Assembly: GCA_035221665.1 (NCBI GenBank) | Contig: CM069160.1 | Span: 30,628,001 to 30,692,000, forward strand | Reading direction: 5' to 3' | DNA length: 64,000 nucleotides | Origin: Okamejei kenojei | Taxonomy: Eukaryota | Shown: positions 1 to 10,959 of the stretch, in pieces | How positions within the stretch are numbered: position 1 is the first letter of the stretch | Layout of the letters: the number at the start of each line of letters is the position of its first letter | Made by a program: the position numbers and the translations under genes | The notes under the pieces: model-generated | The model's input: the letters and a program-made list of their open reading frames with translations, nothing else | What the model was told of the DNA's origin: nothing | The model's database searches: none

Positions 1-78
1 CGAGGCCTCGTGGCGACCATGTTGCGAGTATGAGTCAAGGGCAAAATCGGCAGAGGTCGTGAACGTGGGACAGGCCCA
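1..78. mobile_element. Right end of a PIF/Harbinger-like MITE (TIR GGGCCTGTCCCACT family)
   Basis: gtgggacaggccca at 65-78 followed by TTA; same TIR as the elements at 5164-5388 and 33421-34593. Confidence 0.6.
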
Positions 79-122
79 TTATATCTCTAAACTCTAACAT
101 TGAAACAATGTCTCTGTTCCAG

Positions 123-246
123 TTTAGTCAACGGACTGGACATCAGCTGCTTCACGTACAGAAACTTTGGAAAAAGACTTCCCCAAAAAACATGGCATAG
201 CCCGGACTGTTTGTACAGATGGCCCTTCAGTTGTCCCTTACTTCAG
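123..246 (+). CDS. CRAT-like: Carnitine O-acetyltransferase-like gene, internal exon A (frameshifted as assembled)
   Basis: AG at 121-122, GT at 247-248. After small indel corrections reads LVNGLDISCFTYRNFGKDFPKKHG.SPDC.VQMALQLSYFR, matching CRAT [38 protein letters not shown]. Confidence 0.85.
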
Positions 247-260
247 GTATGTACTCTGAG

Positions 261-760
261 AAGGGTTTCCAACTCCCTTCACTCCAAATAAGGGACAAAT
301 GGTCAAAATAAGGGACAAAATTCCCACACGGCAATTCGTTGACCGACTCGGCCGTGGCTGGGTGGATGATGGGTTGGCCCGGGTGCTGGACTGCACACAA
401 AGCCCAGCCGGGGGCCAGCTGAGGGGGTTTGGCCTGCGCGCAAGTCCAGCGCCTCGCCAGACTCATGAAACGATGATTGGCCGTGGAGAAGGAGGGATGG
501 TGGGGGTTTGTCCGCGGTAAGCGAAGGTTCGGGACAGCTGGCCGGGCTGCCGACCGACGGGGGGACACGGGTGAGGCGCTGCTGCTGCTGCACTCCATGG
601 GCTGCACCACGTCGGGACGGGTGTGAGGCGGGGGCCGGACGAGATGCTCCAACCCGGACAGTCCCCTCGATCCGAGTAGTGAGTAGCAGCCAAATATGCG
701 ACAAGGGAGGTCTCGTAATGGACAATCCAATTTAGCCCAATATTACGGGATGTCCAGGCT
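261..760. mobile_element. Degraded GC-rich non-autonomous DNA transposon (hAT-like, TAGGGTTGCCA-type terminus)
   Basis: aagggtttccaact...aaataagggaca subterminal repeats at the left, gcccaatattacgggatgtcc at the right; right TIR missing. Confidence 0.4.
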
Positions 761-1089
761 TTGTTTTATAATATTTGTCCCCTTCAGTTTGTAAATTCTT
801 TATTATCCAGACTTAACAAACCTTTCCAAGGTTTCACACCAATCTGTGAAAATAAAGTTCTACGCAGCACAGTTTTAAAATGAATGGTCCTAAATAGGTT
901 TGTAGATCAACGGTATTGGCTCTTTGGATCCGTGTATGGTTTTTGCTGCCTACGGCCTGATCCATAATCCATGTTCACGTTTCCCACACCACTGCCAGCT
1001 CGTGCATGCGGGCAGCCACGTGGAGTTTTAAATTTAACTTATGATTCGGAGCCTCCAGTACTCATCTTGATGGTCTGGTATGTATATAT

Positions 1090-1600
1090 TCTTGGTATAG
1101 AGGGAGTGCAGCGTAGTTCACAAGGTTAATTCCCAGGATGGCGGAACTGTCATAAGCTGAGAGAATGGAGCGGTGGGCTTGTGCACTCTGGAGTTTAGAA
1201 GGATGAGAGGGCATCTTATTGAAACATAGAAGATCATTAAGAGTTTTTGGACACGCTGGAGGCAGGGAACATGTTCCAATGTTGGGGGAGTCCAGAACCA
1301 GGGGCCAGGTTAGTTTAAGAATAAGGGGATATCCATTTATAACGGAGATTTAGGAAACCCTTTTTCACAGAGAGTTGTGGGTTCTATGAAATTCTCTGCC
1401 TCGGAGGGCGGTGGAGGCGGTTCTCTGGATACTTTCGAGAGAGAGCTAGATGGGGCTCTTAAAGATAGTGGAGTCGGGGGATATGGGGAGAAGGCAGGAA
1501 CGGGGCGGTACTGATTGGGGATGATCAGCCATGATCACATTGAATGGTGGTGCTGGCTTGAAGGGCCGAATGGCCTACTCCTGCACTATTGCCTATTGTG
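1090..1600 (+). mobile_element. CR1/HER1-type LINE 3' fragment
   Basis: Degraded RT C-terminus (..LEFRRMRG..), then ggccgaatggcctactcctgca 3' end and (tattgtc)n-like tail. Confidence 0.85.
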
Positions 1601-1730
1601 TACAAAATTAAATACTTTTGAGTTGTGTACAAATTAAAGTACTTTGAGTGAAGCTGGGATCACTGCCTTATGGCCCTTTTATTGTCATTTTCCCCTATTA
1701 TATTATTTTTCTCTTTGTGACCACTTTTAG

Positions 1731-1865
1731 AATGTATAAGGAGCTGTGTTCGCTTGCGAGACTGTTTCACGAGGATCTTTCATTTGGGGCGCACAGATGT
1801 GGTACGATCCTCGTCCACAGATTCCTTGGAGTTTGTGGAAAGCATGGACAATGAAAAAAATTGAG
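1731..1865 (+). CDS. CRAT-like: Carnitine O-acetyltransferase-like gene, exon B (frameshifted as assembled)
   Basis: Polypyrimidine tract plus AG at 1729-1730, GT at 1866-1867. Reads MYKELCS.CETVS.RIFHLGRTDVVRSSSTDSLEFVESMDNEKIE vs CRAT IYGQACATYESASLRMFHLGRTDTIRSASMDSLTFVKAMDD. Confidence 0.88.
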
Positions 1866-1924
1866 GTTAATTCTCCCTTGGAAGTTCACAAAAAATAGAA
1901 CTCTCTCCCACAACTAACTTTATG

Positions 1925-2525
1925 AGGATGTTGCCAGGATTCAAAGGTTGAGCTACAGGGAGAGGTTGAGCAGGCTGGGGACTCTATTCCTGGAGCGCAG
2001 GAGGATGAGGGGTGATCTTATAGCGGTGTGTATAAAAATCATGAGAAGAATAGATCGTGTTGACGCACACAGTCTCTTGTCCAGAGCAGGGGGGGAATCG
2101 AGGACAGAGGGACATGCAGTACCTTTAAGGTGAAGGGGGGAAAGATTAATAGGAATCTGAGGGGTGACTTTTTACACAAAGGGTGGTGGGGTGTGTGGAA
2201 CAAGCTGCCAGAGGAGGTAGTTGAGTGCTGGGGACTATTTCAAACTTTTAAGAAAGGATTATAAAGGTACATGGATAGAACAGGTAGACAAAATGCTGGA
2301 AGTAACTCAGCGGGGGGAGGCCGGCAGGCAGCATCTCTGGAGAGAAGGGATGGGTGACGTTTCGGGTCGAGACCCATCTTCAGAACTGAGGTTTGGATAG
2401 GACAGGTTTGGAGGGATATGGGGCAAAACACAGGCGGGTGAGACTAGTGTAGATGGGGGCATGTAGATCATCGTGGGCCAGTTGGGCGAATGAGCCTGTT
2501 TCCACCTGTACGACTCGATGACTAA
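1925..2525 (+). mobile_element. CR1-type LINE 3' fragment with an inserted Penelope-derived short element (~2283-2390, minus strand)
   Basis: SYRERLSRLG..LERRRMRGDL motif; interrupted by gtagacaaaatgctgg...gacgtttcgggtcgagacccatcttcag. Confidence 0.8.
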
Positions 2526-2552
2526 CAGTGTGTATTTTTTTAAGTTATTGAC

Positions 2553-2866
2553 CGCAGTGGCACAGTTGTGCAGCAGTAGAGGTTGGCTCACAGCGCCAGA
2601 AACCGGGTTCGATCCTGACCTCGGGTGCTGTGTGTGCAGAGTTTGCACGTTCTCCCCGTGACCGGGTGGGTTTTCTCCGGGTGCTTCGGTTTCCTCCCAC
2701 ATCCCGAAGATGTGTGGGTTTGTAGGTTAATTGTCTAATTTAAATTTCCCCATGTGTGTAAGATGCGGAACTGGGATAACGTAGAACTAGTGTGAATCGA
2801 TGGTCAGCGTGGGCTTGGTGGGCCGAAGGGCCTGTTTCCATGCTGTATCTCTAAACTGAACTAAAT
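2553..2866 (+). mobile_element. HE1-like V-SINE (tRNA-derived)
   Basis: B-box-like gggttcgatcct, V-domain ggtgcttcggtttcctcccacatccc, CR1-type 3' end gggccgaagggcctgtttcc and (taaac)n tail. Confidence 0.85.
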
Positions 2867-2884
2867 GAGGCCAGCATTTAGTCC

Positions 2885-3490
2885 GGTAGAACAGGCCCAA
2901 CAGAGGATGTACTTCCTGTGGTAGTGAGGGAAGCACAAATCTGCCACAGAGGTCCAATTCTATACGGCCATCGTAGAGTCTGTCCTCACTTCTCCATCAT
3001 GGTTGGTTTGGCTCAGCCACCCCAAGTACGACACCGGAGGCTTGCAGCGAATCGTCGATATCAGCAGAGAAGGTTATTGGCTGCAACCTTCCCTCCATTG
3101 ATGAACAGTACACTTCAAGGGCCAGGAAGCGAGCGGGGTTAAAATCACCTCTGACCCCTCTTCTCACTCTGGCCACAAACCCTTTGAATCACTTCCCTCT
3201 GGAAGGCGACTCCGGACTGTCAAAGCTGCCACAGCCAGACATAAAAACAGCTTTTTTCCACGAGTAGTAGCTTTACTCAAGAACCAAAAATCTGTAGCCT
3301 CCTTTTGCTCTGGTGTTATATTTAATTTCACATGTTTAATCGATTAATGTTTTATTATTAATGTTTATGTTTTTATGTGTTCATTCTTAATTGTCACTGT
3401 ATGTCATGTTGTCACTTGCGGGCAGAGCACCGAGGCAAATTCCTTGTATGTGAATACTTGGCCAATAAACCTATTCAATCATTCATAAAC
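2885..3490 (+). mobile_element. Rex1/Babar-type LINE 3' fragment
   Basis: Degraded FY.AIVESVLTFSI.VWFGS..LQRIV-type RT C-terminus, aataaa and (attc)n tail. Confidence 0.7.
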
Positions 3491-3802
3491 TTATTCATTC
3501 ATCCCAAAGACGTGTGGGTTTGTAGGTGAATTGTCTGATGTACATTTCCCCTGGTGTGTCGGATGCGAAACTGGGATAACGCAGAACTAGTGTGAATGGG
3601 TGTGAAGGGCCTGCCTCCATACTGTATCTGTAAACTAAACTAAAGAGGCCAGCATTACTGCTCTGATCAGCTTTTACAGTCAGCAACGAGACATTTAGTT
3701 CTAAAACAAATAATAGCAAATATTTTTTTCCCAAACAGTATTGCGTTTCACTATAATTAACACAGTGTATCCTTCCATCCCCCCCCCCCTCCACCCTCTC
3801 AG

Positions 3803-3865
3803 GCAAACCAGAAGGTTGCGGCGTTGAGGAGAGCTATTGACTGCCACAGCGCATACACCGACATG
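3803..3865 (+). CDS. CRAT-like: Carnitine O-acetyltransferase-like gene, exon C (63 nt, intact)
   Basis: AG at 3801-3802, GTAAG at 3866. Reads ANQKVAALRRAIDCHSAYTDM vs CRAT EHQKVELLRKAVQAHRGYTDR. Confidence 0.9.
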
Positions 3866-3934
3866 GTAAGAAAAGATCAGGGTGACCTGCACAAAGTGCT
3901 GGAGTAACACAGCGGATCCGGCAGCATCTCTCGA

Positions 3935-4922
3935 GTAGGGTTACAATGTTAATTCCCGGGATGGCGGGACTGTCATATGCTGAGAGAATGGAGTGGCTGG
4001 GCTTGTACACTCTGAAGTTTAGAAGGGTGAGCGGGAATCTTATTGAAACACATAAGATTATTAAGGGTTTGGACACGCTAGAGGCAGGAAATGTTTACTA
4101 GAATGTTGCCAGGGTTCCAGCAACTATGTTACAGAGAAAGGTTGAACAAGTTAGGTCTTTATTCTTTGGAGCGCAGAAGGTTAAGGGGGTCTTTAAATGA
4201 TGAAAGGGATAGACAGAGTTGACGTGGATACGTTTTTCCCATTGAGGGTAGGGAAGATTCAAACAAGAGGGCATGACATGAGAATTAAGGGACAGAGGTT
4301 TTGGGGGGGGGGGAACGTGAGGGGGGGGAATTCTTTACTCAGAGGGTTGTGGCTGTGTGGAATCAGCTTCCAGCAGAAGTGGTGGAGGCAGGATCGATTT
4401 TAACATTTAAGAGTAAAGTGGATAGGTATATGGACGTGAAGGGAATGGAGGGGTATGGTCTGAGTGCAGGTAGATGGGACTAGGGGAAAACAAATGGTCG
4501 GCACGGACTGGAAGGGCCGAGAGGGCCTGTTTCCGTGCTGTAATTTTTATGGTTATATGGTTATAAATGTGTTCTCGTTGTTGGGGGAGTCCAGAACCAG
4601 GGGAATGTGAGGAGGGAAAGATTTAATGTGAACCTGTGTATAATTAAGAATAAGGGGTAAGCCTTTTAGAATGGAGATGAGAAAACACTTTTTCACACAG
4701 AGAGTTGTGAGTGTGGAATTCTCTGCCTCAAAGGCCAGTTCTCTGGATACTTTCAAGAGAGAGCTATATAGGGCTCTTAAAGATAGCGGAGTCAGGGGCT
4801 ATGGGGAGAAGGCAGGAACGGGGTACTGATTGGGATTGATCAGCCATGATGTGACATTGACGGGCTGTGTTGCTTGAAGGGCCGAATGGCCTACTCCTGC
4901 ACCTATTGTCTATTGCCTATTG
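3935..4922 (+). mobile_element. Nested CR1 fragments: a young subfamily with (GGTTATAT)n tail at ~4093-4565 inside an older CR1
   Basis: Two CR1 3' ends with different tails; host element resumes after the insert. Confidence 0.8.
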
Positions 4923-4991
4923 TCAAAATCTTGTATCAAACCCGCATCTGCGGCTCTCAAAATAAACCTGTTGTTTTGTTCTGCTTCCCAG

Positions 4992-5133
4992 ACACTGAAA
5001 GGATTGGCAATTGGACAGGCACCTGTTGGGCCTGAAGAGCTGCAGGCTATCCGAGGAAGGCCTCAGGTGCCAGAAATCTTCATGGACTCAATCGTTCGCC
5101 GTGGCCACTCACTGGAGGCTATCGACGGGACAG
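4992..5133 (+). CDS. CRAT-like: Carnitine O-acetyltransferase-like gene, exon D (frameshifted as assembled)
   Basis: AG at 4990-4991. After indel correction reads TLKGLAIDRHLLGLKLQAIEEGL.VPEIFMDSSFAVATHWRLSTGQ vs CRAT GEAFDRHLLGLKLQAIEDLVSMPDIFMDTSYAIAMHFHLSTSQ. Confidence 0.9.
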
Positions 5134-5163
5134 GGTGTAAAGTCAACTTTTATTTGTCACTGA

Positions 5164-5388
5164 AGGGCCTGTCCCACTTGCGATTTATTTCGGCAACTGC
5201 GGCGTCCATTATCAGCGTCGTTTTGAACATTTCAAAATCCAGCGGCGACAAAAAAACATTGCAAACGCTTAAAAAAACAACAGACGCCCGTCCATTCGTC
5301 ATCACGGCCGCAGATTTTTCACGTGACCTGATACATCAGTCAATAATGCCGGCATTCGCCAAAAAAATCGCCAAGTGAGACAGGCCCT
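5164..5388. mobile_element. PIF/Harbinger-like MITE
   Basis: TIRs agggcctgtcccactt / aagtgagacaggccct with further subterminal inverted matches (cgattt..tcggc / gcc..aaaatcg). Confidence 0.75.
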
Positions 5389-5571
5389 TTGCACGTTCAA
5401 GATGTACAGTGAGTGAAATGAAACAATGAAGATGTGCTGCTGGCTCGAAAGGTTTCGAATGGCCCTACTCCTTGCACCTATTGTCTATTGATTGTGCAAA
5501 ACAGCAGAACAGAACAGTAGCTGAAGGGAACCAGTATTTACATTTAAAAAAAATGCAAACAGTAAATTACT

Positions 5572-5915
5572 TCCTGGTGAGATCAGAGTTTACCAGTCCT
5601 GATGGCCTGTGGGAAGAAAAACTCCGTCTCATCCTCTCTGTTTTCACAGCGTGACAGTGGAGGCGTTTGGCCTGACCGCAGCAGCTGCAAACAGTCCGTT
5701 ATGGTGGGGGGTGGTAGTGGTCCATCATGATCTTGCTGGTGCTCTGGATTCTGCACCTCCTTGGGGGGGTGGGGGAGTGTGTAGTTTCCCGTGGTGCGCT
5801 CGGTCCGAACGCACTACTCTCTGCAGAGCCTTCCTGTCCTGGGCCTAAGCTGTTCCCAAACCACAGATTGTGATGTTTGCCGGACAAGATGCTTTCTACG
5901 CACCCGAGTAGAAGG
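5572..5915 (-). mobile_element. Rex1/Babar-type LINE 3' fragment
   Basis: Minus-strand ..CVESILSG..ITIWFGN..ALQRVVR..RCR.RA.KI..D.HHP motifs. Confidence 0.65.
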
Positions 5916-6139
5916 ATTGAAGGATCCTCAGAGATGGTTCTGAAACTCCCCCAATATTGGGAATCATGCTTTCCTGACTCTAGCTTTTCCATATCCATAA
6001 TACGGTACATATATCTCCAAAACTTGTCATTTGCATCTCCAGTTTTCATTGCACTTTGGTAAAAAAAGTGGTGCATGAATTCACGTGCGGTACCTATTGA
6101 ATGTTGCAGTTGCTATAGGTACCTAGTGGAGACCGCATT

Positions 6140-6680
6140 GAAGTATTGGTAGTTGCAGTTTTGTTCCCTATTTGGAAGGACATTCTTGGCTATTGTGGGA
6201 GGCAGCGTAGGTTTACAAGATAATTCCTGGGATGGCGGGACTGTCATATGCTGAAGAGAATGGAGCAGCTGGGCTTGTATACTCTGGAATTAGAGGATGA
6301 GAGGGGACTTATTGAAACATAAAATTATTAAGGGTTTGGACACGCCCAGGAAAACATGTTCCCGAAGTTCGTTAGTGGTGTCCAGAACCAGGGGCCACAC
6401 AGAATACGGGGTAACCCATTTATAACGGAGATGAGGATACACTTTTTTCTCACAGAGAGTTGCTGAGTCTGGTGGAATTCTCTGCCTCGGAGGTGGTGGA
6501 GGCCGGTTCTCTGGATGCTTTCAGGAGAGAGCTGATAGGGCTCTTAAAGATAGCGGGAGTCAGGGGATATGGGGAGAGGCAGACTGGGGTACTGAATTGG
6601 GGATGATCAGCCATGATCACCATTGAATTGGTGGTGCTGGCTCGAAGGGCTGAATGGCCTTCCTGCACTATTGTCTATTG
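6140..6680 (+). mobile_element. CR1/HER1-type LINE 3' fragment (indel-rich)
   Basis: Same CR1 3' sequence as the other copies, with frequent 1-nt indels. Confidence 0.8.
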
Positions 6681-6714
6681 ATTGTTCTAAATGTGAGACC
6701 CTTTCCTTTCACAG

Positions 6715-6977
6715 GTCTCTGCCGAGAGCTGACTGCGTGATGTGCTTCGGCCCAATGGCAAGCCAGAACGGATATGGGGTCTGGTACATCCCTTTGGAGG
6801 ATCACATCAATTTCTCCGTCTCTGCTTCAACTGCTGTGAGGAACGAATGCGGAATGGTTCTCCAAGTCGCTGGAGACTGCCCTTCTCGACATGCACAGCT
6901 TGGTCCTGGGAGCAACCGGTCAGACGCGTAGGGGGACCGGTCAGGAAGAGGCGTCCGCTATACAAAGGGAGCAATGA
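6715..6977 (+). CDS. CRAT-like: Carnitine O-acetyltransferase-like gene, terminal coding exon (frameshifted as assembled)
   Basis: AG at 6713-6714. Reads VS.RADCVMCFGPMASQNGYGVWYIPLEDHINFSVSA(F)NCCEE(T)NAEWFSKSLETALLDMHSLVLG...; TGA at 6975-6977 in the corrected frame; matches CRAT DCVMFFGPVVPDGYGVCYNPMEAHINFSLSAYNSCAETNA. Confidence 0.88.
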
Positions 6978-8751
6978 TCCTTCCTCTGAGAGGGTCTCCT
7001 CTGCATTGAACTGATATGATAGTCAGGCTGTTGGATGTTAGTTCTAGATGATCCTGCAACTGAACTGATAGTTGGTGAGCACACACACACACTACGCACA
7101 ATGCAGGAAGAAGTTTACAACTACAAATCTGCTTTCAAAGGTCAAAGTGTAATACATTTGTTCCCCCAATTATGATTCTTCCTCTTGCGAATGGCATGCA
7201 CAGCCTAAAGTTATTGGACAACTTAGAAACATAGAGAAATAGAAAATTAGGTGCAGGAGCAGGCATTCGGCCCTTCGAGCCTGTACCGCCATTCAATATG
7301 AATCATGGTGTAATCCAACTCAGTATCCTGTACCTGCTTCTCTCCATACCCCTCCTGATCCCTTCAGCCACAAGGGCCACATCCAAACTCCTCTTACCTA
7401 TGGCCAACGAATGGCCTCAACTACCTTCTGTGGCAGAGAATTCCACAGATTCACCACTTGTCTATTTTAGTTCTAAACTTGTTCTATTTGACCTTTTGAT
7501 TGAGCCTGCACGCCAGGTGTTTCCTCCCCCCACCCCCCACGCCACAAACTTCGTCAAAACAGGGGCGGACCACATGAGGGTTGCAATCGCCCCCCCTCCA
7601 TAAAGACCCCCATATGATTGTGAGCCCCTAAGTCATCAAAGAAGAAAGACAGTTTCCCTTAACCAGTATCTGTGCGTGCTACCCCCCCCCCCCCCCCCCA
7701 AAACACACATTACTCGAGGTGTTGCTCGTACACCGAGGTTGCCATGAGAGATTTATTAATTGGATAGGACGCGCTCCGTTCCTCCGTTCATAAGGTCAAC
7801 TTTCTCCAGCAACTCGCCTGTTTCCACTGCATAGGACAATACAGCGGGATGCAATAAACCTGTTACAACCATGCATTAGCTGCTAATTATTTGCGATTTA
7901 GCGTCCTTTGCACAGCATTTTCGCATTCTCTAATGGCCTCTTTCATTCAGAGTCCAGTGAAGGTCTAATTTAGCATTGTTCCCCAATCAAACCACTCATA
8001 TCTTAAATCATTTCTATCTCTATCACACCCCTCACTCCAAAGATCTGGTCTGTTTTCCCATATTACTCATTTTCATATCTTGAACTATTTGTCACTCATG
8101 TTTTCACATCTGCCCTTTCTATATCTCTGGCTTCCCTTCCCCGGGACTCTCTTTCTGAAGAAGGGTCTCGAACCCGAAACGTCGCCCGTTCCTTCTTATC
8201 CAGAGATGCCGCCTGTCCCGCTGAGTAACTCCAGCGTTTTTTGTATGTCTTTAGTTCGATTTTAATCAGCATCTGTAGTTCCTTCCTACACATTTGTTCT
8301 GGAGGGATAAGGAATGGGTAACGTTTCTGTTCGAGACCTTCAGACTAGCTCTCAGGGTTCCGGACCCGAATTGTCACCTATTCCTTCTCTCCAGTGATCG
8401 TGCCTGACCCACTGAGTTACTCCAGCATTTTATGTCTATCTGCCCCAAGCAGAGCTGAGAGCTGGCCATGGGAGAGAAAAGATGGAATGCTTGGTGCGAC
8501 GGGCCACAGTGCACTAGTCTGGTCCCCCTGAGTTACTCCAGCATTTTGTGTCTATCTTCAGCGGGGTAAACCAGCATCTGCAGTTCCTGCCTCCTTACTT
8601 CAAAGATCTAGTGTGTTCCCAAATAAATATTGTTTATATCTTGAAGATTTGATATCCATCGCTAATCACCACCCATTGTTCATCCCTTATAGGATCTGGT
8701 CTGTTCCCTAATTAATAATGCTCATCTCTTGATTCATTTCTATGTCTACCA

Positions 8752-9083
8752 ACACTGTGTGTGCAGCGGTAGAGCTATTGCCTTGCAGCATCAGAGGACC
8801 GGGTTCGATCCTGACTACGGGGCTTTGGAGCTGTCTGTACGGAGTTTATACGTTCTCCCCGTGACCTGTGTGGGTGTTCTCTGAAGATCTTGGTTTCCTA
8901 ACCACACTCCAACAGACGTCCAGGGCTTGTAGGTTAATTGGCTCGGCAGTATTTTAAATGGTCCCTGGAGTGTGTAGGGGTAGTGTTAATGTGCAGGGAT
9001 TCAGGCAAGTCCGTGCGGATTTGGTGGGCCGAATAGGGCCTGTTTTCTGCACTGCATCTCTAAATTGAAACTAAGCTAAACTA
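8752..9083 (+). mobile_element. HE1-like V-SINE
   Basis: gggttcgatcctgact, ggagtttatacgttctccccgtgacc, ggtgggccgaa..gggcctgttt, (aaact)n tail. Confidence 0.8.
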
Positions 9084-10499
9084 CCACCAAACCATTGTTC
9101 ACCCCTTGGTATAAAGATCTGGGATTGTCCAAATCGGTACAAATCCCTTGGTATAAAGATCGGTGAGCACAAATGTCACAATCCCTTGATAAGGAGCTGT
9201 TGTCACAATGTTACTGTTGGAGATTAAGCGGTTTCCAATATTCATCTTGTGCATCTTGGCTTAGATTTTCAAAGTTCCCCCCCCCCATCTCAAAGATGGT
9301 GAAAATAGTCGCCATTCGCAAAGATAAAATCTTTCATTTACTCTGCTTGTTGGAGATTTCCTGCAAATATTCTAGTTAAATGCCAGATCGATCTCTCTTT
9401 GTCTTTAAGGTTTGTGAATTTTATTAACAAGAAATGGTGAGATGTAACAACTGTTTACATGACCCAAAAAAATAATTTCATGTAACTGATCTTTTATTGG
9501 CCCTACTAATTTCAACAATTTTCTTAAAAAATTAAGGTTTTGCTGCTTGTTAGCATTAATATGCAGAGGGATTTGGGGGGTCCAAATCCATAACTCCTGA
9601 AAGTGACGACTTTGAGATTCAGTTGGGGAGGGTGCAGAGAAGATTTCCGAGGATGTTGCTGGCACTCGAATTCCTGAGCTACAGGCAGAGGTTGAGCATA
9701 CAGGACTTTGTTCTTGGAGTGCAGGAGGAAGAGGGGTGATCTTATAGAGGTGAGGGGGAATAGATGTTTATTTTTGGGACGCGCTAGAGGCAGGAAATAT
9801 GTTCCTGATGTTGGGGCAGTCCAAAACCAGGAGGTACAGTTTAAGAATAAGTGGTAAGCGATTTAGAACGGAGATGAGGAAACGGACTTTTTCTCGCAGA
9901 GTTGTTGGAGTGGAAGCAGTGGCGGGTGTTGTGGCGAGGGGGCAGGGTTGCCTGGCAGGCAAGTGTGCCCCTGATGAAGTGGGCTCCCTTTTTCTCCTGG
10001 CAACCAATATTTTTAGACCCAGTCCGCCACTGGTTGTGAGTCTATCAAATTCTCTGCCTCAGAGGGCAGTGGAGGCTGATTCTTTGGATGCTTTCAAGAG
10101 AGAGCTAGATAGGGCTCTTAAAGACAGCGGAGTCAGGGGATATGGGGAGAAGGCAGGAAAGGGGTACTGATTGTGGATGATCAGCCATGATCACATTGAA
10201 TGGCGGTGCTGGCTCGAAGGGCCGAATGGCCTACTCCTGCACCTATTGTCTATTGAATCTGAGAGGTCGCTTTTTCCACACAAAGCTGCCAGAGGGGGTA
10301 GTTGAGGCTGGGACTATCGCAAAGTTTAAGAAAGAGATAGGTGCATGGCTAGGACAGGTTTGGAGGGATATGGACCCAAGCTCCGCTCTGAGATGTTTGA
10401 TATGGACTAGGTGGTGGGACTAGTGTAGCTGGGACATGTTGGCCGGTGTGGGCAAGTTGGATTCCGCGGACCCTTAATCTTTCTAACCTTGAATCTCTT

Positions 10500-10900
10500 T
10501 TTTTAGTTTCACTCTCTCCGCTCCGCCCATGCATGCTCCATTTTGGCGGAAACGCAACTCTGTGTTAATCTCCTCTCCCGACGGTCGTCCTTCTCGTTCC
10601 GTGAGTGGTCTTAATACGACGAATTGAAGAAAGAAAGCGGTGTCTCAGAGCCCGGTTACTCCGCGCTGTTTGCTGGGCGCCGGTTACAGACTTGGTGGGG
10701 CAGGAGGGTCCCCTGGACGAGGGAGGAGCTGAAGCGGCCGCGCCGGGGGATTGACCAAAGAAATGACCAGGTGAGCGGCGCTCAGGGACAGATCCCTGTT
10801 TGCCAGCGGTTCAAGGGACCCCCTCCCCCCCCCCTGTTGCCCCTTCCAGGCCCACAGCCTCCGCGGGGTGCGCCTCGGGTCGTTGCCCCTTGAGAGAATC
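10500..10900 (+). promoter_or_regulatory. CpG-rich unique segment with a strong donor CAG|GTGAG at 10770/10771; candidate promoter and non-coding first exon of the butyrophilin-like gene
   Basis: High CpG density outside any recognised repeat; ccattttggcggaaa (YY1/E2F-like) near 10538-10552; the coding exon at 17364 has an acceptor, so an upstream exon must exist. Confidence 0.45.
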
Positions 10901-10959
10901 TGGAGAGACACAAGGAACTTGGTTTACAACTTGCCAACAAGTCCCAGCTACAGTAGTTA

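Noticed and set aside
5920-6140. Minus-strand ORF segment MHHFFYQSAMK.. and similar unexplained segments at 780-1090 and 9200-9640
   Set aside because: No recognisable domain or splice signals; probably old LINE debris (9405-9560 is faintly L1-like), not supportable as features.
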